A stretch of DNA of 62,947 nt, counting the filler, from Conidiobolus incongruus B7586 (Eukaryota), in assembly GCA_000697335.1 (NCBI GenBank). It is 5 parts of 5 records of this genome, joined end to end, with 100 filler letters (N's around TTAATTAATTAA, not from the genome) between each part and the next. Parts side by side here need not be neighbours in the genome. Positions count along the whole stretch, not along the records: positions 30,267 to 57,635 come from JNEM01006244.1; 4 more parts are not named here. One strand, written 5' to 3'. The number at the start of each line of letters is the position of its first letter. Within the stretch, counting starts at the first letter, position 1. Below the pieces are notes generated by a model. That model did not search any database. It was not told the origin of the DNA and worked only from the letters and a program-made list of their open reading frames with translations. Positions 40,537-55,200 of the stretch are shown here, in pieces. The translations under genes and the position numbers were made by a program.

Positions 40537-42494
40537 TTAACAATTTTTGCGTTTCCAAATTTGCAAATAAGATTGGGACATGAAAAGAGTTTGACCAATT
40601 GTTTCTTGCACCAACAAGTCCTGAATTTCAAACCATTGTCCAAGTGCCAAATGCTGAATTTGAATCGAGTACTGACCATCTTCTAAACTACCAGTGTGTG
40701 TAATATTTGCCACGAGGTCGTAGAGGCCATTGAGATTGTCTGCGGGTTCTCCAGTAGCTATTCATGTTTAAATCAGTAAGTAATATATATTAAATATATA
40801 TTAATCATTTACCTTCATAAATATTTAAATCCTGGACAGGGAAATTAACAATAGTAGAATTCTTCTCCTGATTGAAGTTGTTCTTACTGAATCTTTTAAT
40901 GAAGAATAAGAAATATTTGGGATATTCGATGATTTTATAAGTTTTGATGAATTTGTCACTTTCCTAAGAATTTATATTAATATGATGAAGTAGTAAAAAA
41001 TGTAGGTGTGGATTTACCTGACGCGTTTTACCATCAAATTTACTTAATAGGGTTGCCAGTGGTACCTATAATAAAAATTCATTAATATTTTTGTGTCTAA
41101 TATATAAATTGGTTATAATCACTTGAGGAATGATATTATGTTCAATTTCATCAACGAATACAGGAACAGGCGGTACATCCAAAGTTAAAAATAAAAACGG
41201 CGATTCGACTATTTCAGGGGTGCCTATAGATTAAATCAAACTAATGTTTGTTATTAGTCGGTTATTATACTAAATATATATATACCTTCTCGAATTCCAT
41301 CTTCAATCTTTACAACTGGAATTGTACAAGTTCTTACTTTTCCTTGGAAACAATCTGTAATAATATCTAATCAAATTCAATGTTAACCAGCTGTATAAAA
41401 TAATTTAATAAATAAATTACTCTTCTTTTTAGGTTTCCCCTTAGTTAAATCCCTTTGAATAGCATTCAAAAACCATTTTAAAAATTCAATGGGCTCTTGT
41501 TGTTTGATGAATGTAAATTTTTTGTGGGTAATGTTGGTTACTTCCTAATAGATGAATTGATATACTGATTCATAATAAAAATGAAGTTGAATTACCTGTA
41601 AAAATTCGTGAGGACTCACTTGATGTTTGAAAAGGGAAGGATTCCATATTTTTTTAATAAGTAAACTGAATCTTTGAACTATATCAAAAAATATAAGAGT
41701 ATAAACGATAGTAATATAGATTAATAATATTTTGTTTACCTAATTGAGAATAATCCTTAAATTCCGATTCCAAAAAGTAATTTCTAATAGGTATGACATG
41801 GGATAAAGCTTGAATTATGACATTCATATAATCATTAGCTTTAATATTATTTAGCCCAATAAATCCTATAAAATACGTTAATTAATCTATCTTTTATCAG
41901 ATATAATAACAAATTACCTGGATAGTATTTCTCATTATTCAAATCATAACTCAATTCTTTGTTATTATCCAAATTTTGAATCATTTCATGAGTATAAGTG
42001 GGTTTCAAATAGTATTGAATGTCTCTTAAACTGGGATCTTTCACTTCGTAACCTTCTGGTAATACATAAATCTAATAAATATAAAATTAGTAACTTATTA
42101 TCATAATCATAATTTTAATATTTACTTTAGTGTCGTCCAAATTAATGAAAACGTGATGATCTTCAAATAAACTGTGGAAATAAGCTTTGGAACTGGTACC
42201 TCTGCCTAATAAGACATTATAATTATTGAATTTTACATAATTATATATATATTATTTACCTTGAAAATATTTTCCACAAATTAAACAAGCGTAAACGTTA
42301 AGTTGAGATAATGTCACGGAACATAACTTTTCAAAATCAAAATCAAGTCGTGATCTGTCTATAGTGTCTAGGTATAATGTGGAATGAGTTGAGCTATTAT
42401 TATTTTTGATATGTTTCTTGGGGGGTGATTTTTCGTTGTCTGAAGATAAATCTTCTCTTTTGGCTTTTTTGGTAGGTTGATCACTTTGAACCAT
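40537..42494 (-). CDS. SAD1: U4/U6.U5 tri-snRNP factor Sad1/USP39, multi-exon
   Basis: LYLDTIDRSRLDFDFEKLCSVTLSQLNVYACLICGKYFQG; YVLPEGYEV; GLNNIKANDY (Asp at catalytic Cys, typical of USP39); ends SYLQIWKRKNC. Confidence 0.95.
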
Positions 42495-42614
42495 TTTATT
42501 ATTATGTTTATTGATGATGATAGAAGACTAAATTAATTTTTAATTGGCTCAATTATTTGAAGTCCGTTTATATGATTTAAATAGACCCTATTAATCATAA
42601 TTAATCAACTAGAA

Positions 42615-42623
42615 TTATGGGAT
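42615..42623 (-). promoter_or_regulatory. Candidate promoter motif ATCCCATAA (SAD1)
   Basis: Exact copy 121 bp upstream of the ATG. Confidence 0.6.
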
Positions 42624-42826
42624 TAGAAATTATAGTTAAAGATTAAGAAGGACTAAAAATAATTATCATTAATTAAAAATGAAACAGAGATGAAATTGAA
42701 AAATGATAAAAAAGTAGCATGGTTCAATAATAGAAACAAATATATTTAAAAATATTTTACTATGTTTTAATGTGATGAAAGAACATTTTATATAAATATA
42801 ATATATATCAATTTTTTCGGTATTGA

Positions 42827-42907
42827 GACAAGATGGCCGAGTGGTTAAGGCGTGTGCCTAGAAAGCACATGGGATTTCCCGCGTAGGTTCAAATCCTGCT
42901 CTTGTCG
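42827..42907 (+). tRNA. tRNA-Ser(AGA)
   Basis: Acceptor GACAAGA/TCTTGTC, G73, anticodon stem TGTGC/GCACA with AGA, long variable arm, GGTTCAAATCC. Confidence 0.96.
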
Positions 42908-45491
42908 ATATCTATTTTTTTCAAAATAAAATTTCTAAATAATACTCTCATGTTATCATATTTTTTGATACCATATATTTTATCTGTTATTTTTCCTTTT
43001 TTAAATTTATTCACATAAAATTTTATTTAATTATGTACATTAAACGGTTAATGAATCAATAACCCAACTTTAAAACTGATATTTTATTAGAAAAAATGAC
43101 CATATTACTATGATTTTAAAATATATTAATATTATATTAATCATTTATATTATATCTATATCATTAATATAATTCCAAAGAGTACGAATTATAAATTCGT
43201 TAAAATCAAAAGATAATATTCTATTATTTAATTGAATTGCATTTAACCTTTGTTGTATTGTGACTTGTTACTTTAATATATAATTGATATTATTTTTCAA
43301 TTTGAAACATATTGACAAATATAAGAGTTAGGCATCTTTTGGATTATCTATGTTTTTTGCAATTACGATAAATATATTTTACTTATTATGATAGCCACGA
43401 ATCACACTTCATTGAATGTGGCATATAAATAGTGAATAATATTATAATAATTTAATAATGATCTTTTAATAATTAATCTATTTAAAATTTAAAATCAGCT
43501 ATTGTGAAGATTTTTAACGGGAATTAAAATGTGATAATATGTATTCATGGTCAGTGGTAAACTATTCTAACTTTTATTCGTATTGCTATCGATTGAAGAA
43601 TAGTTAGGTTTGATCTCTTATCTGACATTCATAATAAGAAATTACGTTATATTGAGTAAAACCTTTTAAGTATCATTTAATAATGCATTTTTATCTAGTT
43701 TGAACATTCATTGGAATCTTTTTTAATTTATATTTAGGTTTTATGGCAGCCATACCGTCGTAATTGCCTTCATTATAATACATAACATTTTAATTTATTA
43801 ATATGATTTTTCCTTTAATTTTTGCAGTTTATGAAGATAAATCAACCTTCAATATTAAAGTAGCTGAATGGGATGGATCACCTCAATATATTAGTTTAAG
43901 ATTTTATTTTTATATGATCGAATGAAATTTAATTTAACCTACTATGATTGGCTTTATATAATTTATAATAAAATTTTATGTTAATTCTTAATAGAATAAC
44001 AAATTCAAATATATTATTCAACATCAAATTTGCTAATAAAATTGAAAATATTTTATATCATTTCTGTAATACATTAATAATTTGACCCTTAATATTATCC
44101 AATTTAATCACATTCTATCCTAGACATAATATAATTTGTTTTTAGTGATGTTAATTAGGATCATACAAAATATATTCAATTTTGACCAGTTATTGAAATA
44201 ATAATTACTTTGGGTTTATTCGACTATATAAATTTTAAAGAGTTCATTAAAAATTGATCAATTGTAAAATAACTATGATGATATAAATTTAAATATTCTT
44301 GAATCTTTGAATATAAATTACTTATATTTTTCAATAACTAAATATAATTCAATTGATTTAGTATTTGAAAATTAATTTTAGAAACTATTATGTATAATTT
44401 TTTTATTTATAGCTTTATTATTATAATTATATGTTAAATACTGAATTTAAAGTGTATATTGGCGTAATTTTTATTATTATTCATAATTAAAATAGAATAT
44501 TATTAGAGATGATTTACAGTTTGTAATAATAGATTCAAACTATTATCATTGATTTTGAAAAATTATTTTAAAAATTATTGTTTATAATCAAAAGTTGACC
44601 CAATACATTAAGTTCAAATAATTTTAACAAATATATTATTGTTTAATTTTAGGTTCATATTTATACTAATTTTGATTACATAATAATGATTTATTAATAC
44701 ATCACTCATTAATCTTAATATCAATTTTCCCAATCAAATTATACTTGCAATTTCTTGGTATAATATAAAAATTTTCCAATAATAAATAAAATAAATAATA
44801 TAACATTTGTAGAAAAATTGTCATTTTATAATTGGATCATCTCGACTACATTCAAAATATTTGTGTGCTCTCTGATGTAGTAAGTCAACTGTCTATCTCC
44901 ACTGTATGGAATTGAACTCTAGATTTCCCAAAATGGGAATTAATCTGTTACCCACCATAGAAATTCACAAGTTTGATTAAATTAAGATAATTTACAGAAT
45001 GTCTAATTTAGTTATAATTTCTATTAATATCTGTTTGAATTTGTAACACAAAGAAATAATTGAGTTCTTTGTAGTTTGAGGATTTTTTTTATGATCTCAT
45101 AGATTATATAAGTACTGAAGCAATATTTGATAGATTTTTCTAAGTTGATTGAGTTAATTATTATTATTATTATTATTATTATATTTAACAGTGGTAAGTA
45201 AAGATTTAAAGCAAATATTAATCTAATTATTCAATCACATCATGTATCATTACAATAAAGTTTTATCAAACCAATAAAATCAAATTATTTCCAATTAATT
45301 AACTATCTGACAAACATTCCGGAACTTCATCAATATTTAATTAGTCAATCACAATCAAATTCTTTCAAATTAAACTCATATCCCATACCCCAATTCATTT
45401 GATTCAAAGTCAAATAATTATTTAATTAGCACAATAGTCCTAACTCTTGTTTACATTGTTCAATTTAGTGAATCAGATAATAAATTCAAAG

Positions 45492-46326
45492 ATGGGTTTT
45501 GCTGATAATTTAAAAGAAGAATTGAGGTCAGGTAAATTTACTATTTATGGTCAATGGTAATATACTATATAGATTGTATGTGAGTACTTGTACTAATAAT
45601 TTAAATTTTTAGGCTTGGTCTCATCTCGGGACTTGGTAAGTCACTTTCATTTTACACACTCCAAATACATACTAATTTTAACTCTAGTCTTGTTCATTTT
45701 CGGTATCGTTAACGTTTTTTCTACTATGGTGTTCTGGGGTGCTCTCTCACTGTAAATAACTATAATAATTTAATATCATATATATTAATTATTATTTTAG
45801 TGCTATTGGTATTGTTGTTATGTTCTTAGAAATTCCTTTCTTTACCAAGGTAAATAATATCAAATTATTTAATATTTTAAAGTTATTAATTCTATTTTTA
45901 TAGATTTTCAAGACAGGACAACGATTGTAATATTTTATTATTTATCACTATATAAGATAATACGATATTAATTAATTATTTTGTAGTGAATCATTTTTAG
46001 CTGTTTTTGAAAATAATTACTTCCGTTCTGTTCTTTACTTGGGGTAATATTATAATTCTGATTAATTTTTATTTTAAAACTAATTTTTAATATAGAGGAG
46101 CTACTGCCAACTTCTTATCATGCCTTCAAAGTGTTACAAATTTAATCATCGGTGGTATCTTATTAGCCCTCTCCGGTATTTGCTATGGTAAATTGTTTAT
46201 TTTATCCTATGATTTTTTTCATCCTAATGAATTCATTTAGCTTTAGCAGGTTTCAAACATCAAGAACGCACTACCAGTAAATTAACTGGAGGTGATGGTA
46301 TTACCGGTTTTGCTACTATGGCTTAA
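45492..46326 (+). CDS. TVP18: Golgi membrane protein Tvp18, 8 short exons
   Basis: Spliced MGFADNLKEELRSGKFTIYGQW...FLEIPFFTK...NNYFRSVLY...ALAGFKHQE...LTGGDG; absent from the ORF track because exons are short. Confidence 0.88.
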
Positions 46327-46892
46327 ACAACTTAAGATTGTTGTTTCTATCTCTTTTAATATAATTTTTTTAATATATCAATATTATTATTTTTATATTA
46401 TATATTATATAGGATCATTTTAAATTTGACCAATATTTTTTTATTAATATATGTTGATAGTGTTTTATTATTTTAAATTTCAATCATACATCTATTCAAC
46501 TAATAATACTATTAATTTTTATAATATGAATTTAATTTATTTTTTATTTTGATATCAATAGCTTGAATAATGAATGATGAGCATTAATTATATAATCAAT
46601 TTAGAAGTATTGTTGATAATTCTACTATAGAAGTCACTCCCTTCTAATACTATTGGTATATGCTAATTTGTAGTTTATTTTTTATATCGATTATAATAAT
46701 TATAAATACAATGTCAATACTATCCGCTATTCTTTATTTTTTTTATTCAATTTAAATGAATATGAATTGAAAGGATCGGAAAATCCCAAATTAAATATAT
46801 CCTTAAAAATATATCTAAATTAATTGTTAAGAATTTAATAAAATTTGATTCATTAAGTTCATTCAATAATAAATAACATATAGAATACGATA

Positions 46893-47745
46893 ATGACTAA
46901 TAGCTCGAGATTATCATTTACAACACCATCAGAATTAATGCACTCAGCACTCAACTCTTTCGCAGTGTTATCATCGCAGAGTTCAAATCCTCAAACTCCT
47001 ACTAATACTCCAAATAGTAACAGCAGTTCAACACATTCAAAATCCGATTTGTTATGGGCAACAAAGTTGGAATTGAAAGAGAAGGGTTATCAATGTTTAC
47101 ACGATTTTACACTATTAGCAAAAGTAAAACCCAGCTATATTTATGAAATTTTTTTGTATTAAAATTTATGTTAGGAAGCTACTTGTGTTACAGAAACTTC
47201 AGAAGTAAATAAAAAATTAGTAATTATTAAAAATGAAAAGAATTAATTATTGTTTATAGGAAGTATTAAAATGTGCGAAACAATTCACTTCAGTAGAGCC
47301 TAGTATTAAAAATACTCACCAAGTAAATTTAACTAATTTTATAATAATTATTTATTCTGATTTTGACCTCTATAGACTTTGTTAAAAATAAAGCAGAGTA
47401 TGGCAGGAATACACCAATGGTAATTTTGAAAATTATTTTATGTTATTATTCTAACAATATTATTATTTAATTTAGTAATGAAAGTATATTAGACAGGTAT
47501 ATTATTCATTTACTCAATTTATGATGATTTATTAATCTATATGAAGTTTTAAAACTTTACCTCAATTATTAGACAGTTTACAAATTGAAGAATTAGCCAA
47601 ATTAACACCAAATTCTGCGCCCTCTGCATTGAGTCATTCCACGAGTGTTGGGAATAACCCTGTGTACTCTAATTTTCATTACTCACTGTCTCAATTGTCT
47701 AGTTCTAACGGTTTGGGACATGATTTTGATCATAATAATAGTTGA
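46893..47745 (+). CDS. BORC subunit 7 (BORCS7)-like coiled-coil protein, 6 exons
   Basis: Exons 46893-47123, 47175-47204, 47260-47322, 47376-47419, 47476-47496, 47577-47745 give KLELKEKGYQCLHDFTLLAKEATCVTETSEEVLKCAKQFTSVEPSIKNTHQTLLKI, matching the BORCS7 core as I recall it (K..L.EK...C..D...L.K.......SE.....A......E..I......L.K). Confidence 0.65.
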
Positions 47746-48318
47746 ATAATAGTTATTGAATGATTGGCATTTTTTTGATCAATTTGATTATAAATATATA
47801 CTTCTAAATCATCCATTGATAATGCTGAAATATTCTATTATCATTATTATTCTTAATGATATTATTTTTTTTATTTTTATTTATAGCCTGAATTTGATAT
47901 TGCTTTTATTATTATTTCAACATGTGTTGAGTTTTTGTTATCAAATTGACTATTCTAATTGATTGTTCAAATGGCCATTTTATTTCACATGAAACATTTC
48001 AAATATTTGTGTAATTTAATATTATAATATATTATAAATATAGGTGAAGATTATGACAATAATATATATTATTAATAATCAAACTTTAGTAATTTTTGAG
48101 ACTTTAATACAATATTTATAAATTTTTGATTTTATTTCTTTTTTTTAAATATATTTTCCAAATTTAACCTTATTATATTCATAAAAATAAAAATAATAAT
48201 TTTGATTATAATTGATTTGAGTATTGTAAAATTTTTATTTGTTTATTCATAATTCCTTTGATTGGGACAGTTTTTTCACTTGTAATTTTCAATCGTATAT
48301 CAAGCATAATTTAAATTT

Positions 48319-48327
48319 TTATGGGAT
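48319..48327 (-). promoter_or_regulatory. Candidate promoter motif ATCCCATAA (LOA1, inverted relative to the gene)
   Basis: Exact copy ~104 bp upstream of the ATG. Confidence 0.6.
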
Positions 48328-48430
48328 AACATACATTATAAAATGATATGACACCAAAATATTAAAAATACACACTATACAAATTATCAATTTAAGTTGA
48401 GAATCAAATACTCAAAAAAAACTATTGGAA

Positions 48431-49835
48431 ATGGAAAAATTCTCAACTTGGAGAGTAATTCATAAAAATACAATAATATTATTAATGTTTATTGATTATT
48501 GATTAGGATGCAGGTACAGGTATTCAACCATTCTTACCTATCAAAGTAAATCTAATAAATCTACAATTATCATTCGCTATATTAATAGCTATTTAGCCAC
48601 CTAGTGCAGGAAGTGACTTTGAAAGTATGTTACCCATCTATTTCAAGAAATTTATAATACAACCTGTATTATTTATATTGAAAATCCCTTTATTATTGAT
48701 AATTGGAGGATTGACTTGGTTAATTAACTCAATTATTGATTTGGTAAGTTGTATCTCTCTTTGTTGGTTTATATTTATTTATATATTTTATGTAGTTACC
48801 TAATTCTAACATTAAATATCAATTAAAATTAATTTTGGTGAGTCCATTAGTCAGGCTCAATTTATTTTTCCTTGGGTTTTATTATTTTAATTTTGAAGTG
48901 AGTACTTTAAAAAAAGGGTAATATTATATTATTTTTGATCAATTCATCTAATTAACTGCTTTGATTTAGTCGTAGTTCTAAATCTCAAATCAAATATTCT
49001 AAACCCAGTCATGGTGATATTATTGTGAGTAATTTCACTTCATATGTCGATGTTTTATACTTATGGTTTAAGTAATTATATATAAATTATGATTAAACAT
49101 TATCTAATATAATGATATAGATTTCAACCTACATTTACTAAATGCTATATTAACGAATCTAAGTTAAAAATTGTATCAATTTCTGAATTAATCCAAAACT
49201 GTGAATTACCTCAGAAGTTCAATAGTAAAGACGTTACTTATAGTTTAGAGGAATTGGTTAAGAAGGCTAAGGTTGAAAAATTGGGTCCAATTGTCATATT
49301 TCCTGAGGTAATTGCCTTCTTCATTGTATTTAACATTCATCTTATTCACGTGTATTTTAGGGTGTTACTTCTAACGGTCGTGCTTTATTAAAATTTCATC
49401 CAGTATTTAGCAAACTTAAAACATTACCAAAGGTTTCTTTGATCTGTTTAAAGTATTTATTTTATTCATTTTTACAATATTGTATACTAAATTGTATTAT
49501 CTAGATACAAATTCCGTCATTTTCCTCCAACGTTTCCATGTGGATCTAAATTCTATCACTTTTATAATTTAATCTCACAAGTAAATAAGTATCAATTTAA
49601 TTAACATAACAATATATTAACATCTATTTAGCTATATAATCAGCTGTCCATCCAATATCTCAACAATGATGAAATTACTAATAACTTCAATAACCAATCT
49701 CTAGCCAAATTTGGTGACTATCTTAAAGAACAAATGCAAGAGTTCTCTCGATTCAGGCAGACTTCTAATGGTGAACTGGAAAAGATAGAATTTTTGAAAT
49801 ATTATAATTTGAACAAATCTAAATTGAAACATTAG
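48431..49835 (+). CDS. LOA1: Lysophosphatidic acid acyltransferase Loa1/Vps66, multi-exon
   Basis: MEKFSTWR|DAGTGIQPFLP N-terminus; IVSNFTSYVD; VIFPE|GVTSNGRALLKF. Confidence 0.88.
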
Positions 49836-52271
49836 TTTGGATATTAAGCAGTATTAGTGTTTCCAAATAACCATAAAATTAATAAATCTAAATATTAACA
49901 AACCAATATCTCGATATTTTTAATTTCAAATTATCATATTTATTTAATAAAATTTTATAAGATAAAATGAAATATTGTAAATTTATGTATATAATTCAAT
50001 GGATATGATTTAAAATACAGAATTGATATTTTCACTTTTTAGCTATATAATTAATAGATATCATCCAAGGAAAGCAAATTAACATTTCATAATATATTCT
50101 TTCAATTAAAAATCTTGACATTCAATTTGATGTTTTTTTTCGTTTTGAAATTTATATATTTAAAAATTATAAATATATTAAACTATTAATTTAAGTAATA
50201 TTAGATATATGATATTATTGTCCAAAATAATTTTATAAATTCATGTTTTTTATAAATTAATATTATTTATATATATATTTATTTATTTTTACACTGGGAG
50301 ACTGTTTGTAACCTTAAAAATCATAGCTTGATCAGTTGTATTAAGTAGTGGTATTTAGCCATTCCCAACATATTAAAATGCATATTGGATGATAGGATAT
50401 TAAAATTATATTTTCAATATAATACTAATTGAATGAGTTTGAGTATCTAATAATAAGTTTGCATTCAATTCTATTATAATTACAATTAATTGACAATTTC
50501 CTTTGAAACATAATAAGATTTTTATTTCTTTCATCAAATAAAATAAATAACAAAATTTATAGTTATAGTGTTATTAGCTGTAAATTTATTTTGATAAAAC
50601 TAAATTTTTAATTTTACAATGATTAATGAAAAGTTCTTTGATATTGATAGTATTTTGTTTATCAAACTTGTTTCATTAATGGATAATGCCATATTATTTG
50701 TACTTTTAAGTATCTGATTTCAAATTTATACAAATATCATTATTTAACAAAATTGATTTTTTAATGGCATGGTATGGAATCAAATAATATTTATATATAA
50801 TATTCGATAAATCAATTTTAAAACTTATGAATTCGAAAAAAAACACATATTTAAGATAATTTTTTATTATATGATTTCAAATTAATTACCATACTTTCAA
50901 CCTAATATATATGTTTGATTTTAATATCAAGGCATTTACTTTAGTCAAATTTACACTTTTCATATTAACAAGGCGATGCATATCATAAACATTGTTATAT
51001 GTAGATTAATAAAGTATCAATATCAAATAATAATATAGAACAGAAATTATTAATTCATAAAAATTAATGTTATATTTGAAAATTGTTTAGGATGACAATT
51101 TAAGATATATTTTAAAGTCTCAGAATTTTGTGTCCATAATTCAACACTATTCTCAGGATGATATTATTCAAAAACAGATTAAAAATTCCTTTATCTAGTC
51201 TGAACAATCTATAACTTATTCAAATTTTGTTCATAACGTTTAAGGAATAGCATTAATCATTTATAAATTTTTTTAATACAATTCCATTTGAAATCGATAT
51301 TTATCTATTCATTTCAACAGGTATCAAAATGTCTTTCGTTTAAATAGCAGATTGAGTGCTCACCATCTCATAATTATTCTTGTAGATATTTAATGACGTG
51401 GCAATCAAAGGTTTATTTGGATTTTTTGGATTATTTTGATAACTATTAATTTCCTCGTCATTGATTTGGATATTAATTATACATTATTATTCTTATATTT
51501 ATTTTCCTCTTTAAAATTATTTTATAATAACTTTTAGAATGAAATATTCAAGTTTGATTCAATAATTAGTTTGCAACTAAATCCAATCAAAATCTTGAAA
51601 ATATTCAAATAAAATTTATTTTATTATTAAATATAGCATGTATAAGTTAAAATTAAATTTTTACCATATATTGTTTGAGCACATCATTATTAGACCATAT
51701 TTAACTTTATGTTCTTGGATCAATCAATTCTTTATAATTTAAAAGAAATTTGATGATTTTTCTATTTATAATACTCATTATCTCATTTAATTTCGTTACA
51801 ATCAAATTACTATTTTCTCAAACTGAGAAAGTTTCAATACTCGGCGTTTATATTTGTCGCTTGATTTTTAGCACTTATTTCAGATATTAATACAATATTG
51901 TTATATTATGAAATGCTATAGCATTTAAAGTATATTTTATATATAAATTATTCATTAATTGTTCAGAATGATAATAGTACTTTTAATAAATGATTATTAA
52001 AATTTAAATACCTTACAAGTTAATCCTAGCACATCATAACTAAATTAAGTAACTTTGATCAAAATATCAGATCATGAAACAACAATTTGAAATTTACCCA
52101 TAAACAATCAATTATCGGTTCCTAAATTAATATAAATTTTAACTCATCCCCTTTTACTTCTTATTTTTTTAAATTTTATTATCAATAATATTATTTGTAA
52201 TATTATATTTAAAAACCATATATAATAATCATAAAAAAGTGTGTTTATATTAAATAACTAGTTTAATATTA

Positions 52272-55200
52272 ATGAGTATAGCTCCAATCGTGGATGTATT
52301 CGATATTTTGGAAAAAGTTCAACCTTCTGTAACTTTCACTCAAAAGAAGTCGAATCCTGTTAAACCTAAATCAAAGCCACCTAAATCTCAAGTTAAGACC
52401 AATGGTAACAAGTATGGTAATGTTCCACCTCCTGAAAAGTTACATAATGATTTGAAGTTTAAAGAACTGAAACGTCAAATTAATAAGAAGTTAGATGAGG
52501 AGACTGAGGGTAAGGAAATTGGTAATGTTAAGGTGTCTCAACCTTCTAAAGGAAATTCCAAAAGATCAAACATCAAGTCTAAAAACTCTAACCCTGTTCA
52601 GCCTTCTGCCGGTGGTTTCATTATTGCAGAATCTATCCCTGAACAGAAGCCGACTTCCCAAACTTCTACAAAAAACTATTTAGTTGTAAATGGGGAGCCT
52701 GCTGAAGTAGTTGATGTTGGCTTAGTAGTGGATGAGACCTTACCCAACAAGGCATCAGTTTCTAAGAATTTGAAGAAGAAGAAAAAGAATAAAGGTAATA
52801 AGGATTTTTCACCCTCTGGTCAGCGTGAGCCTTTGATCAAGTTTGTTCCTGCCCGGGAGCCTGAGTCATCTGTTACTAAATTAAGAGGTAAATTTAATAA
52901 CTTGTTCATTGATGATTGATATTCATAAGCGGTATTAGAGGTGGTTGATTTTAGAGCTGTTAATTCTTTTAAAGCTGAGGAAACAGAAGTCAAAAAAAAT
53001 GCCAAATTTGGAATTACCCCAATCAACAATAATATTCAAACTGTTGGAAAATCTGACGAAGTGGCTCATGGTACCTCTTCAAATACTGATAATGACGCCA
53101 TTGCCAAGAAGAAGGAGAAGAGAAAAATGCAAAGACAAAGTGTTAAAGCCAAAAAGGCCGAAGCTAAAACACAAGCACAAGCACAAGTTCAACCTAAAGC
53201 GAATCAAGTAACTAATATTCAGCACAATATATTAGATTAAAACTCAATACTTTGAATAGACTGAAGCTCCTGAAAAACAAAAACCATCCAAAGAAACTAA
53301 GAAGAAAATAACAAAGGTATCATATGACGATTATTTGGATAAAACTATAGTTGATAATCAACTTAAAAAGGATGAACTAATTTCTGGCGAGTTTCGTGTA
53401 AATGCCAACTCTCGCATGGAAGGCTATGTAACCCCATCCTCCGGCCAGCACGATCGTGATATTTTCATTCCAGGCTCGAAAAACCAGAACAGAGCTCTCC
53501 ATGGCGATATGGTGGCTGTTCAGTTATTTGAAATAGAAGAAGGCTACGAACATGTCAAGAAAGTATGCAGTAACAATTTTGCTGAAACTATTATCAAAAA
53601 AGGCTACCGTGTGGGCAAGGTTGTGAAAATTATAAACAGCGTTAAAGAATCTTCCTTCATTGGTACTTTGAGATTAACCCAAACGAAAAAGTCCAAGGAT
53701 AAGAATGACAAAAATGAGTCTGAATCCATCGATCCCACCAAATGCCAAAATTTCTTATTTGTACCTGCTAATTCGCGTATTCCCCTATTTATCATCCCCA
53801 AGCACCAAATTCCACCTCAATTTATTACCAATTGGGAACTTTATACTGATCAAGTGTTCGAAGCCAAAATTACCAATTGGGCTCAACTCCAAAAAAATCC
53901 CATTGGGAAAATTATCTGCTGTCTCGGCCCTATGGGTGAGCTCAAATCCACAAGTAGAAACATTCTCGTGGATAACACCATCGCTGATAAGCCTTTCACG
54001 CAAAAGGTTATGAAAGATTTACAGTCTAGACTCCCTTTCAAGATCACTAAAAGCACCATCAGAAAGAGATTAGATTTGAGAAATGAATGCATCTTTACAA
54101 TCGATCCAGAAACTGCTAGAGATTTGGACGATGCCGTTTCTATTGAAAAATTAGACAATGGTAATTTTAAGGTTGGAGTCCATATTGCTGATGTTTCTCA
54201 CTTTGTTCAACCTGGAACTAACCTTGATCAAGAAGCACTTAACCGTGGATCTTCTACATATTTGGTAGATCGTGTCATTCCTATGCTCCCAGAGATTTTA
54301 TCTCAAGATCTCTGCTCTCTCAATCCAGGAGTTGATCGCTTGACTTTCTCAGTGCTCTGGGAATTAGATCACGAAGGCAATCGCATCTCCACCTCATTTT
54401 CTAAATCTATCATCAAATCATGTTGCAAAATGGCATATGAAAATGCTCAAGAAGTCATTGAAGGCAGGCCACTTCCTTCCAATTTACAAATCTATGGAAA
54501 ACATTCTGTAACCAAAATTGAACAAAACATCAAATATCTCTTCCAACTCTCTCAAAAGATGAGGAAACGAAGATTTGATACCGGCGCCATCACTCTTAAT
54601 AAGTTTAGACTTTCTTTTACTCTGGACGAAGATGGATTCCCAATCTCTTTCCGCACTTATCAAGGCAAAGAGAGTAATAAGCTCATTGAGGAGTTTATGC
54701 TGTTGGCTAATATGTCAGTAGCAGAAAGGATCTATGAGATGTACCCCTCAGTAGCCATGATGCGATGCCATCCTAAACCCAAACCAGATCGACTTCAATT
54801 ATTCGCCAACTACTGCGAACGATATGGCTTGAACTTTGATGGTACTAGTTCCCTAAGTCTCAGAAACTTCATTGAAAACATTTCCGATCCCATCGAAAAG
54901 ATCTGTGTCGAAAATCTTGCTATTAAAACCTTTATGCAGCGTGCCAAATATATCTGCAACTCGGAAGATGACGATCCTAAAATTCTTCGCCATTATGCAC
55001 TCAATGTTGACCATTATACTCACTTCACTTCACCCATTCGAAGATATCCCGACATCGTTGTGCATCGCCAGCTGATGTCCATTTTGAGTGGAAACAAGGA
55101 ATTCCATCACGGTGCTAACAAAATCAAGATGGAGGATATTGCTTACAAGTGTAATGTCGCTAAACAGAGGGCTAAATCCGCTCAGGAACAGAGTTCAGAC

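Noticed and set aside
41820..41860. Missing catalytic Cys in the USP domain of SAD1
   Set aside because: Normal for Sad1/USP39, a known pseudo-deubiquitinase.
44820..44970. PILGNL on the minus strand hinting at a cytochrome P450 fragment
   Set aside because: No other P450 motif; stops in all frames.
52917..52919. Apparent in-frame TGA inside DIS3L2
   Set aside because: Lies within a GT-AG intron starting at 52888 whose removal keeps the frame.
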